Below, piece after piece: positions 14,684-27,977 of a stretch of DNA of 64,000 nucleotides. Position 1 is the stretch's first letter, and each line of letters opens with the position of its first letter. The DNA is from Eledone cirrhosa (Eukaryota), in NCBI GenBank assembly GCA_964016885.1, contig OZ024743.1:338706001-338770000 (forward strand). Direction: 5' to 3'. The notes beneath the pieces were generated by a model. The model saw nothing but the letters and a program-made list of their open reading frames with translations. It did not search any database and was not told the DNA's origin. A program made the translations under genes and the position numbers.

Positions 14684-14731
<48 letters not shown>

Positions 14732-14820
14732 AACACAGATACATGCATATATACATATATGTATGTGTGGCAGTATGTGCATGTGTATATACACACACAC
14801 ACACATATACACACACGCAT

Positions 14821-14879
<59 letters not shown>

Positions 14880-14883
<4 letters not shown>

Positions 14884-15198
14884 AAAATGGAACGGGAACA
14901 AAACAGAGAGGCAGTACGAACAAAGAAAGGTCTATTAGTTTCACGCTCTTGAGAGTGGGGGTGTGAACGACGTTTTGGGCATAAGCCCTTCTTCAGGCGA
15001 AAAGTGTGTGGGAAGAGAGTTCCGAGGGTGTGTAGGAGAGTGGAGGAGAAACATTTAGAAAAAAAGGGGGGAGGGAGGAAAACGGTGGAAGGGGTACAAA
15101 TAAAAATTAAAAAAATAAAAATAAAAATAAACATGAAGATAAACAAGTGATGGAAGGGTATGGGGCGTGTAGGACGTTTCGGGCATAAGCCCTTCTTA
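14880..15198 (-). mobile_element. Small TA-flanked module with two degenerate minimal hammerheads (14966-15000, 15170-15197)
   Basis: CUGAAGA-A-GGGC-UUAU-GCCC-(G/A)AAAC-GUC occurs twice ~200 nt apart; the second copy has lost its CUG. Confidence 0.65.
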
Positions 15199-15499
15199 TA
15201 TATATATATGCACACACACACTCGCACATAAACTGAAATATATAATCAACACCCAAACCACTAACACATAGCTATATACACAGGCATACGACATCAGTAT
15301 TATCCCGTAGACAGACTTTATCGAGTTATATTGCAACAAACAATTCAATGTGTATAGAACGTGTTTAGAACGTATTTAGAAGAACAGCAGAATGTCAAAA
15401 TAACAAGATAATAGAAAGTTGCAGATTAACAGAATAGGAGTAGAGCAAAAATAGTAAAATTTACTGAAATTTCAGAAATGCAGACATATCAGAGATATG

Positions 15500-16217
15500 G
15501 GAGAGGGAAAAATCGATAAAATCGACTCCAGTGTGTTACTGATACTTCATTTTATCGACTCCATAAGGATGAAAGGCAAAGCTTAACAAATATAATAATG
15601 ATTTCTACTATAGGCACAAGGCCAGCAATTCTGTGGGGAGGGGAAAGTCGACCCCCAGTGCGTGACTGGTACTTTATTTTATCGACCCCGTAAGGATGAA
15701 AGGCAAAGCTAACCTCAGCAGGATTTGAACTCAGAACGTAAAGGGTTGTAACTCTATGCCACAAAGCATGTGGTTTATGATTTAGGCACAGGGCCAGCGA
15801 TACTGGTGGATGGGCAAGTCGATTAAATCTACCCCAGTGCGTTACTAGTACTTAATTTTATCGACCCCGTAAGGATGAAAGGCAAATTTGACATCAGCGA
15901 GATTAGAACTCAGAACGTAACGAGCCAATCCACCACCCTAGACATAACAGAGATAATAGGATGATCGAATGACGATGTGACGATGTGATGATGAGTATAT
16001 AATTATCATTTATTTATTTTAAATGCGGTGGATTGGCAGTATCGGTAGAGGGTCGGAAGCCATGCTCTGCAACATAGAGGTATGGCCCTTTACGGCCTGC
16101 GTTCAAATCCTGCCGAAGTTACCTTTGTCTTTCATCCTTACGGGGTCGATAAAATAAAGTACCAGTAATGCACTGGGGTAGTTGCTGGCCTTGTGCCAAC
16201 AGTAGAAACAATTATTA
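15500..16217. mobile_element. SINE cluster: three minus-strand partial copies at 15500-15940 and a full + copy at 16024-16217
   Basis: Meta-like core and tRNA head. Confidence 0.85.
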
Positions 16218-16334
16218 TTTATTTTTATATATAATAGCCTTATTTTTATTGTTGTTACTGCATCACTGAGCATAGTGTCTTGGGTACATGTAGTGTCGTT
16301 TTTGGTGTTGTTGTTATTTCTATTGTAGTGAGAG

Positions 16335-17210
16335 CGGGGCCGGATTTAATGGGGAGGGGGGCAAAGGGGGAAATTGCTAATTTTTTTTAGGATGTCTCCG
16401 TTGATATCTTTTATAAACCAGAATTAGTCGTTTAGTTTACATATTGTGACTCCAACCTATCCTATATTTTAAACGTATGGTATTTATTTTAATGAACTTT
16501 TTGTGTCATATATAATGTTTTTTTAATATCTAAATAAAATTAATTGTCGCAGGAATGCTACCACTTAAAATAAAATTTCGTTGGAGATAGATTAGCAACA
16601 TTTAATGCGATGTGGTGGGTGGGGGTGGAAAAAATCTGATAAATTAATAACGTGGGTGGGGGGATTATTCAAGACTCAAGAGTAAATCCTGGTAATTTAG
16701 TTATCTGTCTCAGTGTTTTGGGGTTCTTTTACCATTCCCTTAGCCCCTATTATTACATATGGGGATTGTTTGTATTTTTATCATCCACATTCCAGTTATT
16801 TCTATCACCAGATCTTTACATTTAGATAATTTCTCCATCTCTTTGAGAGAGATATTGTAGGAAGGTGGAATAATCGGGGGGGGGGGGTACGCACGGGGGG
16901 GGGGATAATCAGGAGGGGTGAAAATTGCTAATTTTTCTAGGTTGTCTCCACTGATGTTTTTTAAAACCAAAATTAGTCGCTTAGTTTACATATTGAGACC
17001 TCAACCCATCCTATTTATTTAATAACGTATGGGATTTCAAGAAAAGTACTTTTTTTATCATGTATAATGCTTTTCAATGTATAAAGAAAATTAACTGGCG
17101 CAGGAATGTTACTACTTAAAATGAAAATTTTAGCAAAATTTAATAAGCATGAGGGGATATTGAAAAATTGTTAAATGGGTGTGGGGCGATTATTCGAGAC
17201 CTGAGATTAG
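16335..17210. mobile_element. Two partial copies (about 16370-16684 and 16920-17208) of the TIR element at 29051-29883
   Basis: Colinear with each other and reverse-complementary to 29051-29400; end in the TIR-like attattcaagactcaagagta. Confidence 0.65.
16688..16860 (-). mobile_element. R4/Dong-like non-LTR endonuclease fragment
   Basis: NISLKEMEKLSKCKDLVIEITGMW..TIPI resembles the K..EK..KY.DL..EI.RMW..IP motif. Confidence 0.55.
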
Positions 17211-17284
17211 AGGAACAATTGATTCCAGTATTAGAATAGTATGTATGGTCCCGTAACTCCTGATGGAACATAAGTGCACCGTAT

Positions 17285-17622
17285 TGACATACGGCGTTTC
17301 TTGGGCATTTTAAGCTTAGCGGGGCCTAACGGAGCCTAGCGGAGCCTAACGGAGGCTAACGGAGCCTAACGGACCCTATCTCCTCCCCAGGCCTGAGTAC
17401 AGCAAATTTCTTCCAGAGAAAGATCGAAAGTGAGAGAGAGGAAATGAGAAAGAGATATACAGGAAGAATTGACCCAGTATCAGACTGGTACTTTTTGATT
17501 GACTTCAAAAGGATGAAAGTCAAAGCTAATATCGACGTAATTTGAACTCAGATCGCAGGGAAACATAACACAGATACCATACAGCAGTCAATACGACCTT
17601 CTAACGACTCTGCCAATTCGCC
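17285..17622 (-). mobile_element. Long-tail SINE containing an internal 10-bp tandem repeat (CCTAACGGAG, ~5 copies, 17328-17377)
   Basis: Similar to the 11010 copy; tandem unit visible. Confidence 0.7.
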
Positions 17623-18307
17623 ATCTTCTGACTAAGCTAGAAACCATTTCATACATCATCACAGACGTAGTTCCATTGGTCGCCGTCTCTGATTCACCGT
17701 GACGCCGTAAATCAACGGGGTAGGGGTGGAGTGTGGTGGGGGAGGGTGGGCTTGGGTGTAACATAGGGACATAATGTATAATAATATTCCTTTCAACAAT
17801 CCCACCCAGACCCTCCGCCACAATCACGAAGCTATGGGCTGGGTATTCCACTGCCTTGCAGTAGTCTCTTCCCGTTACCTGAGCCCCCCCCCCCCCCCTC
17901 CACCACACACACACACACACACAGACAGACAGTTCTCGCTGTTGATTCACTGATAGTCTACACCGAGGTACGTCGGGTAAAGAAGAGAGATACACATAGA
18001 CTCTTATCTGATACGCCATAACTAACTGATAATGGATTTAATTCCTAGAACAAGGTCACAATTCACCGAAGAAAAAAAACAGTCGTATCCGGTTACTTTT
18101 CCGAGACATGTACGTACGTGCTTAATTTGCGTGTGTATAATGCACGATGCGCGTGTGTTTGGATAGAGAGAGAGGGGAGAGATTGTGAGTGAATGTGAGA
18201 GAGAGAGCAAAGATAGCTAGATTTATACACGCATACATACGTATATATACAGAGTCCGTCTATCCGTCTATCTGTCTATATTTCTCCCTCTATATCCATA
18301 TATCTAC

Positions 18308-18369
<62 letters not shown>

Positions 18370-18395
18370 TTCTACAGGACTAGAACTGTTTCATT

Positions 18396-18430
<35 letters not shown>

Positions 18431-18460
18431 TAGATTCTACAGGACTAGAACTGTTTCATT

Positions 18461-18496
<36 letters not shown>

Positions 18497-18597
18497 AGAT
18501 CAAAAGATGGTTAAAAGAGTTCCAAGTATTTTATTATGCGCATTTCAAAAACAAATATCATCATTGCTTTATTGTGCTACAATGAAACTCACCTCCT

Positions 18598-18639
<42 letters not shown>

Positions 18640-18640
18640 T

Positions 18641-18690
<50 letters not shown>

Positions 18691-19042
18691 TAACTAGGAA
18701 TTGATCAACATATATATAAATATGAAAAATCACAGGAGATAATTTTTACAAGCGTGCAACCACACATGGCTCGCAGGTAACAAATAAATAAAGTTAACTA
18801 GAACTTCAAAAATATATACCTTTTAATGATTAATCTTCCCTGTATATATTTCATTAAAGAAATATATTTCACCAATTAATCAGATGGTAAGTCACAGAAA
18901 GTGGATATTATTGGATTATCAACAAGGAAGAACAATATCAAGCGATCCATGTTTAAACTTCGAGTCAAAATCTTAAACTGGCCGTTACCACGTGTTGATA
19001 TTACACATCACAGCGGCTTCGTTTCAGTGGCGTGAATAGGTA

Positions 19043-19729
<687 letters not shown>

Positions 19730-19984
19730 TGTACCCCGGTATTCAGCGTCTCGGCGAAATTTTCCTTAGAACCTAATAATTGTTCGTGGAAACCACCGCA
19801 TATTCGCAGGATCGTAAATATCTTCCGCGATTTCTTTATGGCTTTTTTCGTGGCAATATATATATTTTTAACGCTAAATTATTAATGGACCATATTTGAT
19901 AATTTAACAATTTGGCAATTAATTTGATACAGGCTTCTTCTCATTAACTCTAGAATAATGACAAGTATAATAACGGCAATAATA

Positions 19985-20155
19985 ATGGTTTCTTATATAG
20001 GCACAAGGCCAGCAATTTTGGGGGAGGGGGAAGTTGATTAAATCGACCCAGTGCATGACTGGTACTTTATTTATCGACCCCGTAAGGATGAAAGGCAAAG
20101 TTAACCTCGGCGGGATTTGAACTCAGATCATAGAGGGCCGTAACTCTATGCTGCA
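19985..20155 (-). mobile_element. Meta-like SINE with its head truncated by the adjacent CRE-like 3' end
   Basis: Core and tail motifs; breaks off at ctgcaa. Confidence 0.8.
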
Positions 20156-20432
20156 ATAATAATAAAAAGAAAAGGAACAAAAGAAAAATAAGAATAGGAA
20201 AATATAGAGAAAAAAGAGAAAAGAAAAGAAAAAAAGAATGGGAAGTGGAGGGGATGGCAAGAACTCTGGTGTCGCAGAAGAGAGAGGAGGGTGAATGGTG
20301 GGGGGGGGGGGGGGTAATTGGGCTCTAGGCCTAGGGCAATGGGCAGAGGTGCTGCGCCCCATGGACAAGTCCGCAAAAGCATTCGGGCGGACAATGGCCA
20401 GTGACACCCGCTGTAACAGTCACCCAACCTCT
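20156..20432 (-). mobile_element. CRE-like retrotransposon 3' end and UTR
   Basis: LLQRVSLAIVRPNA motif; UTR similar to 23570-23700. Confidence 0.6.
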
Positions 20433-20701
20433 GTTTAATCAGCTCTTAAAATTCACTGGAATCCAGCTTCTATAAGTCTCGGCGGAAGCGAAGGGATATG
20501 CAATCTTGATAACCGCTAACAGGCGAGAAATGGCCATCGGTTGTTTCCCTTTGTTTTTGCCGAGACTAAGTAAGTGACATCGTCACTACTATAAAACTCA
20601 TAGCGAATGTTCTTCAAAATGTTTTTAAATAAACATACAGTATATTATCAAATATACTGTACTACATACATTCATACTTTTCATATTTCAGAACACTGAT
20701 A

Positions 20702-20744
<43 letters not shown>

Positions 20745-21197
20745 GAATAATCGAGAATCGGAATATCAGCCCATGAAATCACGATAAACAATATCCGATA
20801 TATGTGGCAGAGGGCTCAATAATTTGGAAAAATCAGAGCTATAACTATCGTTAAAATACCAACTCATAGAGATCATGCCTAAAATCACCCATGCAGCCGA
20901 AAAAGAACGACCAGGAAGATTCGGGTCACTCAAATAAAATATCAATAAATTAATAAATTAAATGAATGTAAAAAACTCACCCGGACCCGCTAGAAGGATG
21001 TTAAATATATATATATATCATTCATTCATTCATTCGTCGACTACTGTCGAGATGACGGATCTCACTCTCATGCCCCAGAATTCAGGAACCCCGGTGCAGT
21101 TAGTTGCGAAATCCATCATCTTTTCAAATAGGTAATAATGTGTGTGGGCGCCACTACTACACACATATATATAAGCTTCGATTTTACTAAGCTTCCA

Positions 21198-21325
<128 letters not shown>

Positions 21326-21386
21326 AAGTAATTACGTCGGAAAGGTCCAGGAAAAAAGAGTGCTCTATGTGAATTACAGAGCTTAT

Positions 21387-21639
21387 TAGTTATGTAATAA
21401 ACAACATAAGATAATTATTTCATTTACCAGTGGTTTCTTGAAAGCAACCAAAATTGCTTTCATTCATCAGAATGAAAAAATCCTGGTGGCTTTATTGACA
21501 GTGGATTTGAAAAAAACAAATCCACTGTCAATAAAGATACCAGGATTTTTTCATTCTGATGAATGAAAGCAATTTTGGTTGCTTTCAAGAAACCACTGGT
21601 AAATGAAATAATTATCTTATGTTGTTTATTACATAACTA
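21387..21639. repeat. Near-perfect 253-bp hairpin (arms ~123 bp, 7-nt A loop)
   Basis: Direct reverse-complement match. Confidence 0.95.
21549..21608 (+). ncRNA. Canonical type I hammerhead ribozyme (mirror copy on - at about 21418-21477)
   Basis: UUUCAUU-CUGAUGA-A-UGAAAGCAA/UUGCUUUCA-A-GAAACC-ACU-GGUA-AAUGAAA. Confidence 0.9.
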
Positions 21640-22051
21640 TATATAGAGAGAATTCATTCGCCTGATATAGGGGTTGCCTCCCTTGCCGATCCCCACGTGG
21701 GGTCAGCAATAGTCAGTCATTGTATTAACATTGAACTAAAACCTGTTGAGAAAGTGGCTTCCTTGTTCAATCATCTTACCAGAAGCCTGACATTATTTAT
21801 GTAAGCGGACGGTACTTGATTTAGGAGCCGCAGAAACCCATATACTGGATTTTACCAACCTTCCAGGGGTCCGGGTAAATTTTCAATACCCGAATTACTT
21901 GATCGCTTTTTTTGGCTATGCGAATGATTGTTTTGCCTTTAACGTTTGTTATAGCTCTGGTTCATCTGAATCATTGAGCACTTGCCACACATCTCGGAGG
22001 TTGTTTTTCGTTATTTCGTGGGCCGAAATGCGAATCTCGATAATTTATGTT

Positions 22052-22145
<94 letters not shown>

Positions 22146-22377
22146 AGAGAGAGAGAGAAATTGTTAGATATACATGTTAGATGAATTGTTAGAGTTTAGG
22201 ATCAGATACCTTGCGGTGTTTGTTCCACTCTTTCAATTTTTAGTTCAAATGTGGCCTATGTCAGTGGTAGACTTTATCGGTCGGCTACATTAACATTACC
22301 ACATAAGCCTTTCGTACCTTCAATGGAAGTAATCAGGCCAGATATCCAGCTTCAGGTTCCCTCCCCCTCCCTCCCCA

Positions 22378-23208
22378 ATTGTTTCTATTTTTGGCACAAA
22401 GCCAGCAATTTGAAGGGAAGGGAAAAGTCGATTAAATCAACTCAGTACGTTACAGGTACTTTATTTTATGGAGCCCCGAAAGGATGAAAGGCAAAGCTTA
22501 ACAATCGATAGTCGATCGACATGGTCCCAGACCTCATTCGCTTAACGCCTGGGATGAAACTCATCAAATCGGACCGAGGAAACAAGGTTTCCATTGGTCT
22601 TTCCAATTGCTAATATTATCTGCTAGTCGCAACTCCAGGCAGGAGGAGCAACGTGAAATAAGGTGTCTTGTTCCAAGACATAATGCATCGCCCCTTCTGG
22701 GAATCGAAATCACAACCTCATGATTGTGAATACTCTAACCTCTCAGCCACGTGCCTTCACAAAATAATAACAATAACAATAATAATGGTTGCGGATCTAG
22801 GCACAAGGCCAACAATTTTAGAGGAGGGGAAAGTCGATTAAATACCCAGTGCATTACTGGTACTTTATTTTATCGACCCCGTAAGGATGAAAGTCAAAAT
22901 TAATCTTGGCAGGATTTGAACTCAGAACATAAAGAGCCGTAACTATATGCTGCAAATCATGGCGTCCGACGCTCTACCGATACTGCCAATCCCAATAATA
23001 ATAATGTGGAGGAGGACCTTTAATTTGGTGGTGTTGGGTTGGGATATGAGCAGCTAGGAAATTAAGCTAATGGGGGTAGAGGCTGATAAATTATTAAATC
23101 CCGCCGAGGTTAACTTTGCCTTTCATCCTTACGGGGTCGATAAAATAAAGTACCAGTAATACACTGGGGTAATTACTGGCCTTGTGCCAAAAGTAGAAAC
23201 AATTATTA
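22378..23208. mobile_element. SINE cluster: Meta-like 22378-22500 (-), CORE-like ~22510-22760 (-), Meta-like 22785-22993 (-) and 23095-23208 (+)
   Basis: Shared motifs with other copies. Confidence 0.8.
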
Positions 23209-23559
23209 CTGTGAGTGGATGTAGGAAGGGAAGATGCGTTGGCCTGACTAGGTGGCGGGGCGGGGGGTGAATATGGAGGTTAAATACCAAGTTCTGACCA
23301 CCCATGTCTATGGCTGTTAGGGTGGGGTGGAGGAGACATAAGAAGACTGGTTTCTGAGTGTGGTTGAGAGGTGCATGGAGAACATGAAGGAACTCAGAAA
23401 GATAAAAGGAAATTTCCAACCAAGGATGTAAAGATTGTCCCTTCACTTTCCCCTTCTTTTTTATTAGTTAATTTCTCTAGTTACCACACATGGTATATCT
23501 TATTTATGGAATATATCAGCTAAATACAGTTTGATAGAAGAAAAAAAGAAAATTCAGAT

Positions 23560-23908
23560 TGAGAAGAATGGAATGTAAAATAGGAAAATATAAAGAAAAG
23601 GCGAAAAAGAAAAAACAGAAAAGGTGGGGAATGGTAAGGATTGTAGTGTCACAGAAGAATGAGTTGGGAGGGGGAATATGATTGGACTCTGGACCTAGGG
23701 CGTGGTGGTAAAGGGGCTGCGCCCTGTGGACAAGGCTGCAAAAGCATTCCCGCGGACAATGGCCAGCAATGGCCAGCAGGGCTGCTTCCTCAGACGGGCC
23801 GCCGACATTCCGATCTTGCGGAGATGGTCGACTGTACGGAGTCCAAATACACTTGAGGTCTCGACGGCGACCGGTGCGAAGAGGAAGCGGCCTGACAATC
23901 CCCGGTAG
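23560..23908 (-). mobile_element. CRE-like retrotransposon 3' fragment
   Basis: GRFLFAPVAVETS..LRKIG..LAIVRGNA. Confidence 0.7.
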
Positions 23909-24292
23909 TCAGCAATTTGTGGGGGGGGGGGGGGGGGGGTCGAGTATATTGATCAGTTCCTTATGGTACTTTATCGACTCCGGGTGGTTGAAAAGTAAAA
24001 TTAACGTCGGTCGATAAAATAAAGCATCAGTAAAATACAGTTGATTTAATCGACGTATCCCCACCCCCCAACAACAACCTTTCCCCCAAAAAATTGCTGG
24101 CCTTCTGACTAAATTTTCTTTCTTCCCATTTTTTTCCTTTTCCCATCGCTTCCTGCTTATTATTTAAATTTTATTGTTAATACTTTCATTATTGTATCGC
24201 TAAGAATCCCTTTTTTTAAATATGTAATAAAACTTCTGTGATATGTGTGTAAGATCGATGAATAGGTAGATAGACAGGTATGTAGAGAGGGC

Positions 24293-24365
<73 letters not shown>

Positions 24366-24750
24366 TGTTTCTTTATTAGCCACAGGGGCACAAAAGAAGG
24401 GGATAAATACAAAGGAGGAAGTTTACATACAATAAAAACGTGTAAAATGTTATCACAAATGCAATTTAAAAAGTTAGTCGATTTTCCCCAATAGGGGGAG
24501 ACAGTTCATATGGGTAACACATACCCCCGAAAAAATGTGCAACCCTCAACTCCAGGAGTACGAAGAGTTTGGACTCCTTTCCTCTCCTCCTCCTTTTCCT
24601 CAACCTACAGGCTGATATAGAGAGAAGGCCCATTCACTCGGGCCATTTTCGCCACTTTCACCCACCTTTCATAAAACTTGCTGGGGTGCAGCACCTCTCT
24701 CTCCATCCTGATTCTTCTTCCAAAGTGGTATTTGAAAAAAAGAACCAGTT
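24366..24750 (-). mobile_element. Short 3' end of an L1/Tx1-like LINE next to (GATA)n
   Basis: FFKYHFGRRIRMEREVLHPS.. matches the C-terminus of ORF 25027-26145. Confidence 0.8.
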
Positions 24751-24762
24751 GATAGATAGATA

Positions 24763-26143
24763 TGTTTCTTTTATTTGCCACCAGGGCATCAAAAGTGGGA
24801 CAAGTACAATGGGGGGAGTTTACAAAACAAGGCGTCCTCAATAAGGAGGAGGCAATAACAATATATAAAAATAAAATAAAATATAACAAAAAATAAAATT
24901 TATAACAAAGTCCTCAATAGAGAGGAGGCGCCTTGGGGGGTCGCACACACCCCCGAAAAAAGTGTGCAACCCTTCTCCTCCGGAGCACAGAGAAGGGGTG
25001 CTCTCTTGGTCTTTCATCTTCCTCACCTATAGTCTGATGTAGAGTGAAGGCCCATTCACACGGGCCATTCTCGCCACTTTCACCCATCTTTCATAGAGAC
25101 GGCTGGGGTGCAGCACCTCTCTCTCCATCCTGATCCTTCTTCCGAAATGATATCGGAAGAAACGGACCAGTTGTTGGCCAGAGAGAAAGGTGTCTGACCT
25201 CAGTCCTTTCAGACGCGTCCACCATACAACATCTTTCGCCATGGCTATTACGCACAGAAACACCGCCTCTCCTTCGTTTTTGAAGAGGGGAGGCGGCTTG
25301 ATCGTTACAATAGACTCGGTGGTCAACCGGATCGGTCCCACCCTTGACAGCAGTTGTTCGACATAGCCCCACAGATCGGCAATGCCCGAGCAGTGTACCA
25401 GTGCGTGTGCAACGGTTTCCTCGTCGCACACGCATCTGGGACAGATCTTTTTCGATGGGTCCCTACCCGGGCGCCCGTGTCTGTAGAGCCTTTCTCGAAC
25501 GGGCAGAGCCCTTCTGTAGCATTGCCAGGCCAGGGACCTCTGGAAGTTATCCATGGGTCCCGGGCTGAATGTCCTACCGAACAGGTTGGCCAGTTCGTCT
25601 TCCTCCATGCCTAGGGCTTCTCCGAGGGCGTCGTCGCACCTGCTAACTACCAGCCCTCTATAGAATGACGAGGTGGATTCTCCACTGACAGCCGGGTCCG
25701 CATGCCAGAGAGCCGTGAGCGCCTGGGCACACTCGGTGTGCCAGGCGCCCAGTTTTCTCGGTCTTTGCTTGACCCAGGATTGCAGCTCGGTGAGTGAGAC
25801 GAGTCTGGGAAAGGCTCGCCTCACAAACGGGGCCCACACCGGTTGACCGGAGAGGAATACCTGAAGGTGCCGTAGCCTTAATGCGTGTTTACGTATCATT
25901 AGCCACGGCATCCCCAGCCCTCCTTTCGAAGGGTGTTGACAGCAGATGGATCTCCTCACCATAGGAGCCCGCTTCTTCCAAAGGAATTGGAAGAGTGCGC
26001 GCTCCATTTTGGCGAGCGTTTCCCTTGGGCAAGGCACAACGGTCAGGCGGTAGTAGATGACGGACGCTATATAAGTGTTCGCCACCTCCGCCCGACCTTT
26101 CAGGGACAGTTTGCACTCGGCCCACTTCTGGGTCAGTGCAAAC
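24763..26143 (-). mobile_element. 5'-truncated L1/Tx1-like LINE (post-RT region and CCHC zinc finger) with a ~20-bp TSD
   Basis: 372-aa ORF with LSLKGRA..N, FLW, KGGLG and CPRC..EETVAHALVHC; flanking direct repeat aaccagttgatagatagata. Confidence 0.85.
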
Positions 26144-26277
26144 AACCAGTTGATAGATAGATAGATAGATAGATAGATAGAGAGATCTTGGAGGCCTTAA
26201 AAATGTAGTCGGCTATTCGGTTGATTGTATCAACAGGAATACTTGTCGCTGTAACCGACGAAATTCCACTACTCCTA

Positions 26278-26403
<126 letters not shown>

Positions 26404-26404
26404 A

Positions 26405-26850
26405 TGATATGGTTTATTTATGTTCATTCATGGAACAAAAGTGCTATTGAAGGTTTCATGTCCCAATATTGACCATATCTCCAGAATGTAAGATTGATCA
26501 AATATGTGACCTAGTCTTCAAACACTTAAACGTGTAGAAGTTACTGTTAAAAATTTAGCGTGTTAAATGCTTGTTTATGAAAACGTAATATAACAAAGGA
26601 TAATAACTGAAAGATGTAAATTTGAAATGTCAAAGAAGGTGTACTTATGTTAGTGTATGTACACTATAGCAGATTTAGCACCATTTTCCATTTTCCCTTT
26701 TCACATCCAAAGATATTTTATTACACGCACATATGCACGCACACGTGCGCACGCACACACATACACACACACATACATACGTACACACACAAACACACAT
26801 ACATACGTACACACACAAATACACAAACACACATACATACATGCGTACAA

Positions 26851-26883
<33 letters not shown>

Positions 26884-27159
26884 ATGGCTGAAGACTCTGG
26901 TGCTCTGTGTCTTTTGTTTGTATTTTTATTTTTTTAAAATAATTTTTAATGTTTCCCATTCAAAAAATTGTTTTTCGTTTTGACTCGTTTTCGTTTGTTG
27001 TCTTCTCCTTGATAATTTTCTTAAGTTTAAAATTACTAATCTGTGACGAACGAGTTTTCTCTTCTTCCCCCAATAATCTCAATGATTTACATTTAACACA
27101 ATATCTTACTTTCTTCTTGCCTTTTCCCCCTTCATTTTTCCTTTTTTTCTTTCGTTTTC

Positions 27160-27190
<31 letters not shown>

Positions 27191-27680
27191 AGACCCTTGT
27201 GCTATAAAATACACTACATTCTCCCTGACGCCACATAAAATTCTCTTTGTACATGTTACAGCTTCATTGATATAGATTATTTGTCTTATCTCCTACTCCA
27301 TGAACAGCATTTTGGCTTGTATCAGGAGCTATGACCCCGGTATGACTAGCAGTACCGTTCGTAGGGGTCGAAACTGCCTAAGTCCATCTCAACGGCTGGA
27401 GACTCTGGAGTTCTGTGTCTTTCGTTTTTATTTTCAAAAAATAAATTTTCAAGGTTTCCCCTTCAAAAAATTGTTTTTCGTTTAGCTTTGTTTTCGTTCG
27501 TTGTCTTATCTTAAATTTGTTAATTTTCTTAAGTTTATTATTACTAATCTGTGACGTACGTGTTTTCTCTTCTTCCCCTACATGATATGAACTAAGTAAT
27601 GGAGACCTTCAGCAGCACTTATTCCAATGTGGGTAATATTAAATATTATCCAATTAAAAGTATGAGAATAGCTCAATGTA
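26405..27680. repeat. Diverged non-coding module with a direct repeat (26886-27070 / 27394-27578) and short inverted ends
   Basis: Visible colinear similarity; possible degenerate hammerhead at 27325-27390. Confidence 0.6.
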
Positions 27681-27977
27681 AAATAACAAGTATATTACAA
27701 AGCCGAAATACTTTATAAACAACAATCAACGCGTGTTTTAAAACATTTAATCACCATTTCATCCAAGCACAAGACCAGAATCATCGGAGTATATAGTAAA
27801 GGTTAAAACACAAATAAACTTGTCAAAGAACATTTTGAGGATACACAATATGGGAAGTAAGCTTAAGTATTAACATTCATATAAAAGGAGATAGCAAAGG
27901 TAGAAGAAGCATATGAAAAATATGAGCATGTAAATGCAAAAAATGAAATTAGGAGCAGCTAAAGGCATTAAAAATTT

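Larger units (their letters stand above)
13655..14690. mobile_element. Non-coding module with one inverted and two tandem copies, each carrying a hammerhead
   Basis: 13655-13999 is the reverse complement of 14337-14690; 14002-14257 is a direct repeat of the latter; flanked by (TA)n. Confidence 0.9.

Noticed and set aside
17328-17377. Telomere-like repeat (TTAGG-containing)
   Set aside because: Only ~5 copies of a 10-mer expanded inside a SINE tail
18520-18570. Hammerhead on the minus strand (UGAUGA..GAAAUGCGCAUA)
   Set aside because: C3 is missing and stems I and II do not pair; at most a relic
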